From the NCBI GenBank assembly GCA_963815195.1, contig CAWFGE010000013.1, forward strand, positions 448,001 to 512,000: a DNA stretch of 64,000 nt, written 5' to 3'. A program made the translations under genes and the position numbers. The notes beneath the pieces were generated by a model. It saw only the letters and a program-made list of their open reading frames with translations. It was not told the origin of the DNA and searched no databases. The DNA is from an uncultured Planctomycetaceae bacterium. Its GTDB lineage: Bacteria; Planctomycetota; Planctomycetia; Planctomycetales; Planctomycetaceae. Of this stretch, positions 1 through 12,361 are shown one piece after another. Position 1 is the stretch's first letter, and each line of letters opens with the position of its first letter.

Positions 1-1303
1 CGTCGAAGGTTTCCTGAAACATCGTTTGCTCGGACTGGCCGCCGAAGATGTAGGGATTGTTCGCCTGAAACGGCACCGGCGTCCCGGTGGCCTGGGCCAG
101 GCTCTCGTAAAGCTGTTCCGGGGTCAGGCCTTGCACGTTCATGCGGGCGAAGAGTTCGGGCGGCTCCTGCGATTTGTCCGTCAGCCGGCTGCTTTGTTGA
201 TAAGTCCGGCTGGCGGTGATCGCGCGGATCAGGAACTTCAGATCGAACTCGTGGGCCGCAAATTCCTTCGCCAGAAAATCCAACAGTTCGGGATGGCTGG
301 GCGGGTTGGCGTCGGAGAAATCATCCACCGGCTCCACAATCCCCCTCCCGAAGAAATGGCCCCACATCCGGTTCGCAGCGGCGCGGGCGAAGTACGGGTT
401 GTCCCGCGCGGCGACCCAATCGGCCAGCGTTTTTCTCGCCCCCACGCGAAACCGCCATTGCGGCTCGCTGCCGTCGAGGTAGCTTGCTTGCACGACCTGT
501 TCGCTGTCGGGGATGCTGATTTCCCGGCGGTCGGGGATCTCGCGGACCTGGCCGAACACGTTGGGCTGGCCGTCGCGCACGATCCCGCCGAAGAACGCCG
601 CGAACGACCAGAACTGATCCCGCTTCCAACTGTCGAACGGATGGTCGTGGCATTGGGCGCACTCGATGCGGATGCCCAAGAAGATCCGCGACGTCGCCGC
701 GGCAAGGTTTTCCGGCGCGACCTGCTTGGCCTGGTAAAACGCCAAAGGCGTCGCCCCGCCGACCGCTTGCATATAAGCCCGGCGGTTGTCTCGGTCCTGG
801 TTGAACTTCACATCGATGATCGCCCGCGCGATCTCGTCGTAAGACGTGTTCTCGGTGAGCCGTTCCCGCAGCCAGGCTTCGAAACCGGGAATCAAAAACC
901 GCGTCTGCAGGTCGGAGTCGGTTTCGGGCAGCATCACCCGCCGCCAGTAGCGGGTGAAATTCATGATGTAGCCCGGCCGGTCCAGCAGTTCCTCCACGAC
1001 TCGCCGGCGTTTGTCGGGCGAGGTGTCCGCTAAAAACTCCCGCACCTTGAACACCGGCGGGATGCCGCCGTCCACGTGCAAGTACAGCCGCCTGAGAAAC
1101 TCCGCATCGCTGGCGGGTTCGGCGGGTTTGACGCCGGCTTCCTTCCAGCGGCGGGCGATCAGTTCATCGATCCGGTCCGCCACCCGCTGGACATCCTCCG
1201 CGGCGGGTTGGGACTCGGTGGCGGAATCCTCGGCTTGCGCCAGGCCGCCTGCCAAGAGCAGGAAGCAGGCGCACATTCGAAAGAGTCTGTGACGTATTCG
1301 CAT
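1..1303 (-). CDS. DUF1549/DUF1553 (PSD1) planctomycete protein, 3' end runs off window
   Basis: Read manually on the minus strand from ATG 1303: signal peptide, then ASDAEFLRRLYLH, LGIRIECAQCHDHPFD (CxxCH), NPYFARAAANRMW, NPPSHPELLDFLA. Confidence 0.9.
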   Translation of the reverse strand, partial: MRIRHRLFRMCACFLLLAGGLAQAEDSATESQPAAEDVQRVADRIDELIARRWKEAGVKPAEPASDAEFLRRLYLHVDGGIPPVFKVREFLADTSPDKRRRVVEELLDRPGYIMNFTRYWRRVMLPETDSDLQTRFLIPGFEAWLRERLTENTSYDEIARAIIDVKFNQDRDNRRAYMQAVGGATPLAFYQAKQVAPENLAAATSRIFLGIRIECAQCHDHPFDSWKRDQFWSFAAFFGGIVRDGQPNVFGQVREIPDRREISIPDSEQVVQASYLDGSEPQWRFRVGARKTLADWVAARDNPYFARAAANRMWGHFFGRGIVEPVDDFSDANPPSHPELLDFLAKEFAAHEFDLKFLIRAITASRTYQQSSRLTDKSQEPPELFARMNVQGLTPEQLYESLAQATGTPVPFQANNPYIFGGQSEQTMFQETFD

Positions 1304-1337
1304 GGCTGTGGCTCGCTTGAGAGGAACGCTTCAGGGA

Positions 1338-4300
1338 TTAAGGCTGGGTCGAGTCCGGGATTTTCGCAACCTGGGTTTGCGCGGACGGTTTCATTTCCCA
1401 AACGGACAACGCTCCCGCCTCATCCGCGACGAGGACGTGTTTGCCGTCGGGAGCGAACGTGGCGCAATGCACGAATTTTTCCGAGGCTTTGAAGGACGCG
1501 ATCGGTTGGGATTCGTTTCGATCCCAAATCTGCACCAGGCCGGGTTTGGCGCAGGCGATGATCCGCGTTTCATCCCGGCTGATCTCCACCCAGCGCGTGT
1601 CTTGATCGGGGCGGTAGCTTTCTTCGATCTTTCCGGTTTCGACATTCCAGATGGCACAGCCCACGCGGGCGTTGCCGGCCAGGAGGTGTTTGCCGTCCTT
1701 CAAGAACTGCAAATCGAAGACATAGCCCTCGCTATCGGCGAACTCCTTGATTTTTTTTCCGTCCTCTGGATTGTAGAGCGTGATGTGGCCCGGTTTGTTG
1801 TCCCGCCAATTGCCCGTGCCCACGGCCAGAATCTTGCTATCCGGCGAGAAGGCGAGGCTATAGACGTTGAGCCCCACGTCGATCGACTGGCTGAGCGCCA
1901 AGTCGGGAGTAAACAGCCGGACGTGATGGTCCTCGCAAGCGGTGGCGATGAATTGGCCATCGGGCGAGAACGCCACGTCGCGGCATCCGCTTTCGTGGGC
2001 TTGGGCGGACGCGAGCAGTTTCCCCGTCTCCACATCCCAGAGTTTTACGGTTTTATCCGCGTCCCAACTGACGGTCGCGACTTTTTTGCCGTCCGGAGAG
2101 AACGCCGCGCGGGTCGTGAACGCACGGTGGCCCGACAGCGTGTGGATCAGTTCCATGGTTTCCGCGTTCCAGAGTTTCACGGTTTTGTCGGTTCCGCCCG
2201 TGGCCAGCGTTTTCCCGTCCGGAGAGTAGATGGCGAACCAGACCTGCTCGCCGTGCGGCGAGAGGGATTTCAGCTTCCTCATCTCCAGGGATGTCGCGCC
2301 GCCCAGGGTCAAGGATTGCCAGCCGCGAATTGTCTCGGCGAGCTGATTTCTCTCGCCGGCTTCCGGCACGGGCATTTGCCGAATCGCGAGTTCGGGCATT
2401 TTTGCGGACCAGAGTTTGAAGTAACTGTCGTGGCTGGCGGTGGCGATTTCAGAGCCGTCGGGCGAGAAGGCCATGTTCCCGATCAGATTGAAATGCCCGC
2501 CGGTGCGCTGGGTGACGACGCCTCGTTTGAGGTCCATCAGACAAACGCCGCCGCGAAAATCGCCGAAGGCCAACTGATCGCCCGAGACCGCGGCCGCCGT
2601 AATCGTGCGGTCGTGCACGTAGGTTCGAACGAGACTCTTCTTGTCGACGTCCCAGAACCTTATGGTTTTCGCATTGCCCCACGAAATCAGCGTTTTGCCG
2701 TCGGCGGTAAACAACACGCCGTTGATGCACTGCGAATGCCCTTCCAATTTCGCCAGACCGGCCGCGGGGCTCCAGAGGAAAACGATCCCCGCCGCGTTGG
2801 CGTTTTGCCAGCTTCCCGTGCAGCCGGCGAGGATCTCTCCGTCCGGAGAGAACGCCAACCCGGAGATGGGCAGCGACTGTTTGGGCAGCTCGAAAACCAA
2901 TTCTCGCGTTTTCACGTCCCACACGCGGGTTTCGCCGTCCCAGTTGCCCGCGGCGATTCGCTCGCCGTCCGGGGAAATCGCCACGGACCGCACCATCGAA
3001 ATCTTCTCGGCATGCGCCGTCCACGAGGCGATCTTCCGGCCGGTTTCCACATCCCACAACCGCACCGTCCCGTCGCTGCTGCCAGAGAGAAGCGATTTTC
3101 CGTCCGGCGCAAATACCATCCGGAACACCATGCCGTTGTGCCCGCTCAGTTCTTTTTTGACCGTCTTGGTTTTGGCGTCGATCAGGCTGATCGTCTTGTC
3201 TTTGCCGCCCACGGCGATCAGGCTTCCATCCGGCGAATAGGCCACGCTCAGGGATTCCACCGGATCGTCGTGCAATTGAAACTCGCGAGTCAGCACCGGC
3301 ATGCGTTCGCCCGGCCAGATTTTCACGGAACCATCTTTGGAGGAACTGGCGATAAGCGTGCCGTCGGCGGAAGCGCTGATGTCGTCAACCAACTCTTCGT
3401 GCCCCTCGAATGTCCGTTTGATCTTGCCGGTTTCCAAGTCGTAGACCGTCGTCCGGCCCGACCGTTCGCCGGCGTAAAGCGTATTGCCATCCGGAGAGAC
3501 CGAGGCGGCGGTGATCGTTGTGCCCGCTGCGATGGCGTGGTGCAACTTGCTGTCGAAGCGGCTCCAGATTTTGATCCCGTTCACGCCGTAGGAGATGATG
3601 TGCCAGCCGCCGGCGTCGAACAGCAGGCCTTTGATCTCGGCATCGTGGCTGCCCAGGGTTCGGACAAACTTGCCATCCTCGGCCATCCAGCATTTGACCG
3701 TGCCCGGCTTTTGCCACTCGTGATGCGAGCCGGTCGACGTGATCAGCAGTTTGCCTTCCGGAGTGAATTTTACGTCCGAGAGAGCCAGGCCCTGTTGATC
3801 GATGCGGTAACGGAGCGAGCCGTCGGGCAGGTTCCAGACCGCGGCGGTTTCGTCCCAACCGCAGGTGGCCAGCATCCCGCCGTCCGGGGAAAAGTTCGCC
3901 CGCCGTGCTCCACCGGGATGGGCCTCCACGGAGAACAGTTTTTCGCCGGTTTCGGCGTTCCAAACCGTCGCCCAACCGCTTTGTGCCGCCCCGGCGATCC
4001 ATTGCCCGTCGGGAGAAAACGACACCGACGCGCAAGAGGATTTGAAAGGGCCGATGGTCTTGAGGACGTTGCCGGTTTTGGTTTCGCGGATCTCGATCGT
4101 TTTGGCCGTCGTCGCAACCGCCAATCGGCTGCCGTCGGGCGAGACCGCGACGCTGAAGGGTTCGGCCTTCTCGATCGAAAATTCCACGAGTGCCGGGATC
4201 GGCGGCAAGTCGGACGTGGGCCAGAGTTTCACATGGCCGTCGGCACTGGCGGACGCCACGACCGACCCGTCAGGCGAAACGCCGACATCATAGACATAGC

Positions 4301-7300
4301 GCCTTTTCGGATCCGCACTCCGACTATGACCTTCGTAATTGGCAAGCCGTTGGCGGGACTGCACGTTCCACAACTCCACTTTCCCGTCGTAGCGGCCGAC
4401 CACCGCGGTGCGCGAATCCGGCAGAAACGCCAGGGCGTCAATCTCCGTCCCCATCGGCACGCGCGCGGCGAGCTTTTTATTGGGCACATCGTAAACCAGC
4501 AATTCGTTTTGGGTACCGCCCGCGATCAACGTCCGGCCATCGGGGCTGAAGGCGACGGGCCGCATTTTTTTCGTCGGGCCGGGGAGATTCGCGATCTCGT
4601 TCCAGGTCTCCGTGTTCCAGAGTTTGACGGTGCCGGCCTTGTTGCTTTCTTTGTAGTTGCCCGTTGTCGTGGCCGCGAGCTTGCCATCCGGCGAAAAGGC
4701 AATCCCAGTCACCGGCAATTCCTGTTTCGGCAACTCGCCGATCTTCTTGCGGGTTAGGACATTCCAGATCTTCGCATTGCCGTCCCAGTCTCCCGTGGCG
4801 AGGAGTTTTCCATCCGGCGAAAACGCCATAGCGGTGCCTTGCGATTGGCCGGTTTCCAGCGTATCAATCAATTCGAGTGTTTCCGTGTTCCAAAAATACA
4901 ATTTCCCGCCGAAGTCCACGGTCACCAGGAGTTTGCCGTCCGGGGCAAGCGCGCCGTCGCTGATGCCACGCGGGTGAACCGCAGTCTTCATGACCCGGCC
5001 CAGATTGAGATCCCACAGCCGGAGACTTTGGTTCTGGGTGCCGGTGATCATGCGGGTTCCCTCCGGATTGAAAACCACAAACCGCACGAGAGACGCTTCT
5101 CCGTTATCGGCGAGATTGAGATCCGCCAAGGCGGGGATCGGCGGCTCGATGGCGGGCCAGAGTTTCAGAGTTTTGTCATAGCTGCCCGTGACGATCCCCG
5201 AGGAATCGGGAGCATAGGACAGCGACGTGACGACATCCTGATGCCCGGTGAGCGTTTGCAGCGGCGAACCGCTTTGGCCGCTCCAGAGGCGGAGCGAATT
5301 ATCGAACCCGGCACTCGCGAGCGTCCGGCCGCGCGGCGAAAAGGCCAAGGCCCAGACCATCCCCGTGTGTCCTTTGAGTTCTTGGGGCGATTCGCCCGTC
5401 GCGGGGTTCCAGATGCGGATGGTTTTGTCTTCGCTCGCGCTCGCGATGCGGGCTCCATCTGGGGAATACGCCACCGCGCGGACGGCTGCGGTGTGGCCTT
5501 TGAGTTCCTTCAAGGGCTTTTGTGTTTCGAGATCCCATATCTGAACGGATCGGTCGCTGCTGCCGGAGACGAGATGTTTCCCGTCCGGCGAGAAGGCCAA
5601 GGACCGACGGCCGCGGTGTGCCCTTCCAGAACGCCCTTGGGTTCGCCGCCTGAGACGTTCCACAGCCGGATCGATTTGTCGTACCCGCCGCTCGCGAGGG
5701 TTTTGCCGTCCGGCGAAAAGGCCACCGAAAACACCCAGTTCGTGTGCCCTTTCAATGTCCGCAGCAACTCGGCCGATTCGGCGTTCCAAAGTTTGATCGT
5801 TTGATCGTAACTTCCCGTGGCCAGAGTTTGGCTGTCCGGAGAAAACGCGACCGTGGACACCACGTCGTCGTGGCCTTTGAAGGACTTCAAAAGTTTTCCG
5901 GTCGCGGCATCGCGGAGCCGGACCGACGTGTCTTCGTGCGTGGTCACCACAAACCGGCCGTCCGGGGAATGGGCGATCGCAAGTACGGCTTCCGGGGTGT
6001 CTTCGAGCGACTCGTGAGGCCGAAGGATCCCCTGAGGCACGCCGGTGTCGGGGTTCCAAATCCGAATCGTGGCGTCCTCGGCTCCGGTGGCGAGCGTTTT
6101 CCCATCAGGCGTGAACACCGCCGAGAGCGCTTCGCGTTCGTGGCCGGTCATCTGCCGCAGTATCCTGTGGTCTTTCATCACATAGACCGTGCCGTCGCCG
6201 CACGCGGCCGCCATCCGCCCGTCGGGCGCGTAGTTGACCTCGCGCACTCGTGCCCGGCAGGTTGAGGCTGGCGGTCTGTTTCCCGGTGCCGGGTTCCCAA
6301 AAGGCAACCGTGTTGCCAAATTCGCCGGTGGCGATTTCCTTCCCATCGGGTGAAAACTCACCGCGCCGAAAAACCATGCCGCCGGAGTCGAACTTCGCGA
6401 TTTGCTTGCCGCTTTCCACTTCAAACACCAGCCCGCGTCCGAAGCGGTTCTGCTGCTCGAAACTTCCGCCGACCGCCACGAGCAGTTTGCCGTCCGGCGA
6501 GAAGGCGACTTTCTGGAAGCGGAAAAAGTCCCCCTCGAAGGCCCGCTCCTCGTCCCATTGCCCGACGGTCCACATCATCAACTGGCCCGCTTCGTTGGCG
6601 GCCGCGAGGTATTTGCCGTCGGGCGAAAAATCCAGCCGGGCGATCTTCGTGCCGGTGCGTTTCTCGGCGACGAGTTCCCACGTGGCCGTGTCCCGAATCT
6701 GCAATTCGGCGTCTTGCCAGGTCGCGGCGGCGAGGTATTTCCCGTCCGGGCTGAACATCACTGTCGAGACGCCTCGACGCAGCGGAAATTTTTTCAGTAC
6801 CGTTTTCTCCGCGAAATCATAGACCACGATTTCGCCCGTCGTGTCCCAGCGGCCGTACCCCGCCGCCAAGAGCTTGCCGTCGGGAGAGAACGCCAGGTCG
6901 TGGACTTCCAGTTCCGCCATGGGAAAGCCTTGGGATTTTTTCTCGTACTCAACTGGCTCCTGACCGACGATGCGCTTCGCCTGTTGGCCGACGACGATGT
7001 GCTGGAATCCGGCTGGACCGGCTCGGCGGATTTCTGGGCGGTCTCCGCTTCAGCCGGGGCGGTTTCGGTTTTCGATGGGTTCGGCTTTTCGGCGGTCTGG
7101 GCGACCAGTCGGGGCAAGACCGACAGACACGCGACCGCGGCGGTCAGCAATAAGAACTTCGGCAAGCCCGCCAACCGGGCCGAGACTCCGCCTTGCATAA
7201 TCATGGTCAATCTCCGCTTGAGGAATTCCAAATTTCCGATGCCGCTTGCCGCGGGCGGCAAGGCTTTGGGGCTTTTTGACAAAAAATCCACCGTGGCCAC

Positions 7301-8353
7301 CAACGCGTGCGCATACACGCCGCCGCCTTGGCAATGCTCCACCACGAACGCGTCGCAGCATTCTTCTTCCACGATGCGGAGCTGCTTCCGGCCCCACCAC
7401 ACCAGCGGATGCCACCAATAAACGCCTTGGCACAAAAGCTCGAGCACGCGCACCCAATGATCGCCGCGCCGCATGTGGGCCAGTTCGTGAAGGATCAATG
7501 TCTCGGCCGCGTCGTCGTTCAAGCGGGCCAAGAGATCCTTGGGCAACAACAACCGGGGCCGCCAGCCGAACCCCCACAACATCGGCGAGACGGCACCACC
7601 TAGGAGATAAACGTCCGGGGCGCGGTTCAGTCCCACCTGCGTCGCCAACCGCCCGACCCAATGACGCAACGCGTCTCCCGCGGGCTCCGCGCGCTTGAGA
7701 GACCGTTCAAACTGCACGATCTGCCGGACCGCGCAGAAGAACACGGTCATCGCTCCCGCTCCCCAAACGACAAGCAGCCCCCACCACGCCGTTGTCCAAA
7801 AATCATGCAAAACCGGCGACGGCCGGCGCTCACCTGCGGGAAGAGGAGCAGTGGCGGGAAATCCCACGCCTTCCGAAGTCCGAGCCTTCCGGGCGGCCTG
7901 GGCTGGATCGCGTTCACGGCCCTTAAAAGAAGCGACCGTCTCTGGCGAGCCATCCTCCGTCACGCCGAACGATTCGTCAGGAAGATCCATCGCAAATTCG
8001 CCCGGTATCGTGGCCGGATCGGTGAAGTCCTCAATAACGACCGTCGGAAAGGGCTCCAAACCCGTGCCCTCTTGCCATGAGCGCGGACTGGTCGCCGGCG
8101 TTTCGGACAACGTCGCTTCGGGCATCTGCGGCACATCGTCGGGCACGGCCGGTTCCGGGGCCAAGGCCGAGATTTCGACGGGTACGGGAATCGTAACCAT
8201 CGGCGGCGTGACCAGCTTGAGCAGGACCACGACCCATAAGCCATGTAGCAGGGCGGGCTTATGATACCAGCGGGCCAAAACCACGACGCCAAGGGCGACG
8301 AGGCTCGCGACCAACGCATTCCCCAGCACAACAGCCACCAAAGACGTCAACAT
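1338..8353 (-). CDS. BlaR1/MecR1-like peptidase M56 fused to very long WD40 repeat region (~2340 aa; frameshifts near 7010, 6255, 5600)
   Basis: N-terminal TM helices, LWVVVLLKLVTPP, SPMLWG, HELAHMRRGD (HExxH), YWWHPLVW, EECCD. Roughly 40 GH...AFSPDG...W(D/N) repeats continue across ORF pieces 6105-6920, 5510-6424 and 1338-6059. Confidence 0.85.
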
Positions 8354-8469
8354 CGCACACTCCCGTGAATACGGGCCAGGAGATTCGGACGGGGGCACCG
8401 ACCGGTTCCGCTTTCGAACCGCCGAGAGATTTCGGCCGCCTGGGGAAATGACCTTTCCGCCAGGCAAAT

Positions 8470-8877
8470 TTATCTGCGTTTTTTTTGCGAAGGGGGTTTC
8501 ACCGCGTCGAACTCATTGACGAGTTGGCGCAGCATTTCGATTTCTTCGGGCGTCAGCCGCTCCGGATCGACCAGGTGCATCAACAGGGGCGTTCGCGAGC
8601 CGTCGCACAGGTCATCGGCGACGGCGCTCAGCCGCCGTTCGATGAGATCCTCCCGGCCGACGCTCGCCGAGAACAAGAGCAACCGCCCCGTGTCGTCCCG
8701 GCGGACGCAATCTTTGGCTTCCAATCGCTCGAGAAGCTTCAGCACAGTGGGGGCGGCCCCTTTCTTTGCCGGGTACAGGGCTTCGGCCATCTGCCGCGTC
8801 GTCGAGGGGCCATGATCCCACAGGTGCGAAAGCACCGCGAACTCCGCGTCGGTCACATCATGCGTATGCTTCGTCAT
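8470..8877 (-). CDS. BlaI/MecI/CopY family repressor
   Basis: VTDAEFAVLSHLW...TVLKLLERLEAK...DDLCDGSRTPLLMHLV...LTPEEIEMLRQL; directly upstream of the M56 gene. Confidence 0.9.
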   Translation of the reverse strand: MTKHTHDVTDAEFAVLSHLWDHGPSTTRQMAEALYPAKKGAAPTVLKLLERLEAKDCVRRDDTGRLLLFSASVGREDLIERRLSAVADDLCDGSRTPLLMHLVDPERLTPEEIEMLRQLVNEFDAVKPPSQKKRR

Positions 8878-8891
8878 GTCATGCTCGCAAT

Positions 8892-8943
8892 AAAGACAGT
8901 GTGTCTTTTGCTCCACCATAAGACGCCCTGTCTTAAATTGCAA
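8892..8943 (-). promoter_or_regulatory. sigma70-type promoter with two palindromic operators
   Basis: Minus strand TTGCAA (8943-8938), 17 bp, TATGGT (8920-8915). Palindromes AAAGACA-gtg-TGTCTTT (8892-8908) and TAAGAC-gccct-GTCTTA (8919-8935). Confidence 0.75.
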
Positions 8944-9050
8944 GCGACTTTTTTGAAAAACTTGGAGATTCTCCGATTTGTTCCCGGCCTCGATTTTACC
9001 GGGTTCCCAGACGGGCCGTGTCACGGCTTTGTAACAACTCAAACTGTAAG

Positions 9051-9189
9051 CGTTTGGGTGGCTGGGGCGCAAATTCCCCTTGGAATAAGGCTTGAACTTT
9101 GAATGCTGGGGCTGTGGCCGGGCGAGAAGAATTTCACATGGCGCCAGGCCTCAAATCTGCTTTTACCTTGGAACATTCCTTTGCGCCCC
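9051..9189. repeat. REP-like element bounded by inverted GGGTGGCTGGGGCGCAAA
   Basis: Inverted repeat pair at ~9056-9073 and ~9180-9197; the body is a diverged reverse-complement homologue of the 109-bp unit at 25832-26158. Confidence 0.65.
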
Positions 9190-9521
9190 AGCCACCCCCT
9201 GCACTTTCAACTTTCAGTTTGAGCAACAACAAAATCATGGGGCACGAAATCATGTCTTGCGATCGTCGCGGCGGTTCGCTTGCCGCAGAGGCCGGAACCC
9301 GGAAGCCCAGATGATCGGCGTTCCGTTTGAAACGGCGCGTCGCTTGGACTTCATGATCCACCGCACCGCTTCGCGCGAAGATCTTGGCGGAGTCCTGAAG
9401 CCTCGCTTTTCGGGGGTTCACCTCAACCTGTTGTGCCGAGTGCGCCGATGACAAGGGTGATCACGCGGGCGAATCCGCACAAGCTTTTCTTCGCGCCGAC
9501 CCTTTGCTTCGAGACCCAAGT

Positions 9522-10677
9522 ATGTCCCATTTTTTTGCCGGTCTGGATCTGTTGGTCTGCCCGCAAACCAAACAGCCCCTCGAATTGTTGCCGCTGCCGG
9601 AAGCCGAGATTCTCTTCGGCGAACGGCCGGGACCGCTGCGGCAGACAACTTCGGAGAGAGCGGCCGCCTCGCCGCCGTTCGGGGCGACGGAAACCGTGCT
9701 GGTCCGCGCGGATGGGCGATGGGCGTATCCCGTGGTGGACGGCGTGCCGATTTTGCTGGCTCCCGAAGCTTTGGGACGCCGGCAGGATCAGCGGGCTTTC
9801 GATTTGGACGATCCCCGCTACGCGGAAGCCTACCTGGAGATGGGTTTTTACAACGAAGTCGCGAGCGAAGAAGCGCGAAATATCGAGGCGTCGGAGTCGT
9901 TCGCCATCGTCCGGCCGGTGCTCGAAGCGAGCGAGGCGGATCGCCGATCCTTCCCCGTGCCCCGGCGGGTTTGGCTCGATGCAACTTACGACTGCGCGGC
10001 CCAGTGGGATGCCTATTCGCATCTCAGCCCGCTCACCGGACGGCGGGTGATGCAACTCGGGGGCAAAGGGATTCATGCGGTCAAGTTGTTATTGGGCGGC
10101 GCGGCGGAAGCCTGGGCTGTTACGCCGATGCTCGGAGAGATTCGCTGCGCCATCGCCCTCGCCGAACGCGCGGGCGTGGCCGACCGCTTAAGGTGCCGCG
10201 GTCAGCGTGGGCGAGGAATTGCCGTTCGCTGCGGAGACATTCGACGGCATCTACTGCGGCGGCTGCCTGCACCACATGCAAACCGCGATCGCCATGCCAG
10301 AGATTTCGCGCGTGCTCGTTCCCGGCGGAACGTTCGCAGCGGTCGAGCCTTGGCGGGCTCCGCTTTATGCCCTGGGCACGACGATTTTCGGAAAGCGGGA
10401 GCGCGGGGCCTTTTGCCGGCCGCTCACCAACGAGCGAGTCGCCCCCGTGGGCGAAACGTTCACAGATCATGCCATCATTCAGCACGGCACGATGTCGCGG
10501 TATCCGCTATTGGCCCTCGCCAAACTTGGTTTGCCCTCATCGATGGAAACCGTGTGGCGGTTCAACCGCATCGATGACGCCGTGTGCGCCTTGGTCCCCA
10601 AACTCCGCAAGATGGGCAGCAGCGTGGTTTGCCTCGCGACCAAAGAACCCCGCCGCCAATTCGCCCGCGCCGCGTAA
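9522..10677 (+). CDS. Trm112-like domain fused to class I SAM methyltransferase (frameshift ~10195)
   Basis: LLVCPQTKQPL...AYPVVDGVPILL; C-terminal EELPFAAETFDGIYCGGCLHH...ISRVLVPGG. Confidence 0.75.
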
Positions 10678-10682
10678 CCGTT

Positions 10683-12164
10683 CTACGGTTTGTTCTTGGA
10701 CCGGCCTTTGTTGCCCTGCTTTTTGCTGTCGAGCAAATCGGCGATGGCTTTTGCCTCGGCTTGGGCATCGTAGGCCGGATTGGGCTGGTCCGGAATCGGG
10801 GCGTGAATTTCCTGCTGCCAGGACTTGAGCCGCTGGAGAAGTTCTTGCGTCTTTTCGGGATTCGTGCGGGCGAGATTCTTCGTCTCGCCGATGTCTTCCC
10901 GCAGGTGATATAACTCCAGGCCGCCGTCCTCGAAGTATTGGTGGAGCTTCCAATCGCCGAGCCGGATGATGCTGCACGGGCGGGAGCGGAACAGCGGATC
11001 CCGCTGCTCGTCCCAAACCTCGTAGGACTGCAAGTAAGCTGGGAAATGCCAGTACGAGCGCCCGCTCCGGCCATTTCTTTTCTCCTCGAAACAGCGGTAC
11101 GAGGCTGACGCCGTCGCGAGGCTGATCCGGAGGAAGTTTGGCCCCCGCGATTTCGCAGATCGTCGGATAGAGATCCACGCCGATGATCGACTCTTCGCAT
11201 TTCGCGCCCGGTTGGACGACGCCGGGCCACTTCACAAAAAACGGCTCGCGGATGCCGCCTTCATAGTAGGCGCCTTTGTAGCCTTTGAGCGGATCCATAT
11301 CGGTCGCCGGCCCGTAGCCGCCGTTGTCGGAAAAGAACAGCACCACGGTCTTATCCGTGAGCTTCAACTCATCGAGCGCGGCTTGAATCCGCCCCACGCC
11401 GTCGTCGACCGCTTGGATCATCGTCGCCATCGCCACGTGATGATGCAGCTTGCCTTTGGGCTTTTCTTGATACTTGGGGACGAGTTCTTTCTTCGCATCC
11501 AAGGGCGTATGGACCGCGAAGTGCGTGAGATAGAGCGCCCAGGGCTTGTTTTGGTTCTTGCGGATGAACTCGACGGCCTCGTCGCTCAAGCGGTCGGTGA
11601 CGTATTCGCCTTGGGGGGCGTCTTTCAAGCCGGGTACGTTGCCGTGCGGCGGATAATAACCCCGCGGCGGACCGCCGGAGTGCGTGCCGCCGATGTTGAC
11701 GTCGAACCCATAGGGAATCGGGTCATTGCTCAGATGCCACTTGCCCATCGTGGCCGTGGTGTAGCCGGCTTTTTGCAGTTGGGCCGCCCAGGTTTTGATT
11801 TTGGGATCGAGGGTGTTCGTTCCCGGCACGTGCAAAAGTTTTCGATGCTTCGCGTTCCCGCGCGGCCCCGTGCCGACGTTATAAATCTCGTGCCGAGGCG
11901 TATATTGCCCCGACAAAAGACACGCCCGCGCCGCGCGCAATTCGCGGCACACGAATACGCGTTCGTAAAGACCATCCCCTCGGAAGCGAGCCGATCGAGG
12001 TGCGGCGTCTCATAGAAATCCGAACCCATATAGCTCGTGTCTCGCCAACCGAAATCGTCGAGAAAGATAAACAGAATATTCGGCGTCTCGGCGCGAGAAG
12101 GTCTTGGCTGAACAACAACAAGAGCCAGGATGATCGCAACAAGGATGTAAGCGAGGCGTCGCAT
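10683..12164 (-). CDS. Sulfatase, arylsulfatase-like (frameshifts ~11935, ~11055)
   Basis: Signal peptide, PNILFIFLDDFG, TPHLDRLA; restoring one C gives CAPAR (CxPxR); GKWHL, SDNGG, KGAYYEGGIREP. Confidence 0.9.
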
Positions 12165-12243
12165 GCAAAGTCTCCGGGGGGGTTATCTAAGAACGTGAGC
12201 GGCGAGGGGCTAACCGCCGGTTTGGCTTTTGGGAATCTCATTT

Positions 12244-12348
12244 CATCGAAGCCGGAGGCTAGCGCCTACCGCTCACATCATCGAAGCCGGAGGCTAGCGC
12301 CTACCGCTCACATCATCGAAGCCGGAGGCTAGCGCCTACCGCTCACAT
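12244..12348. repeat. 3 x 35-bp tandem REP-like repeat
   Basis: CATCGAAGCCGGAGGCTAGCGCCTACCGCTCACAT three times with no spacers. Confidence 0.85.
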
Positions 12349-12361
12349 TTCAAACACATTC

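Noticed and set aside
1302..4757. 1151-aa plus-strand ORF, and similar long antisense ORFs such as 15080-17320 and 54591-57020
   Set aside because: Shadow frames opposite genuine GC3-rich genes; no recognisable motifs
12244..12348. Possible CRISPR array (35-bp repeats)
   Set aside because: Units are head-to-tail with no unique spacers and no cas genes; related to REP-A
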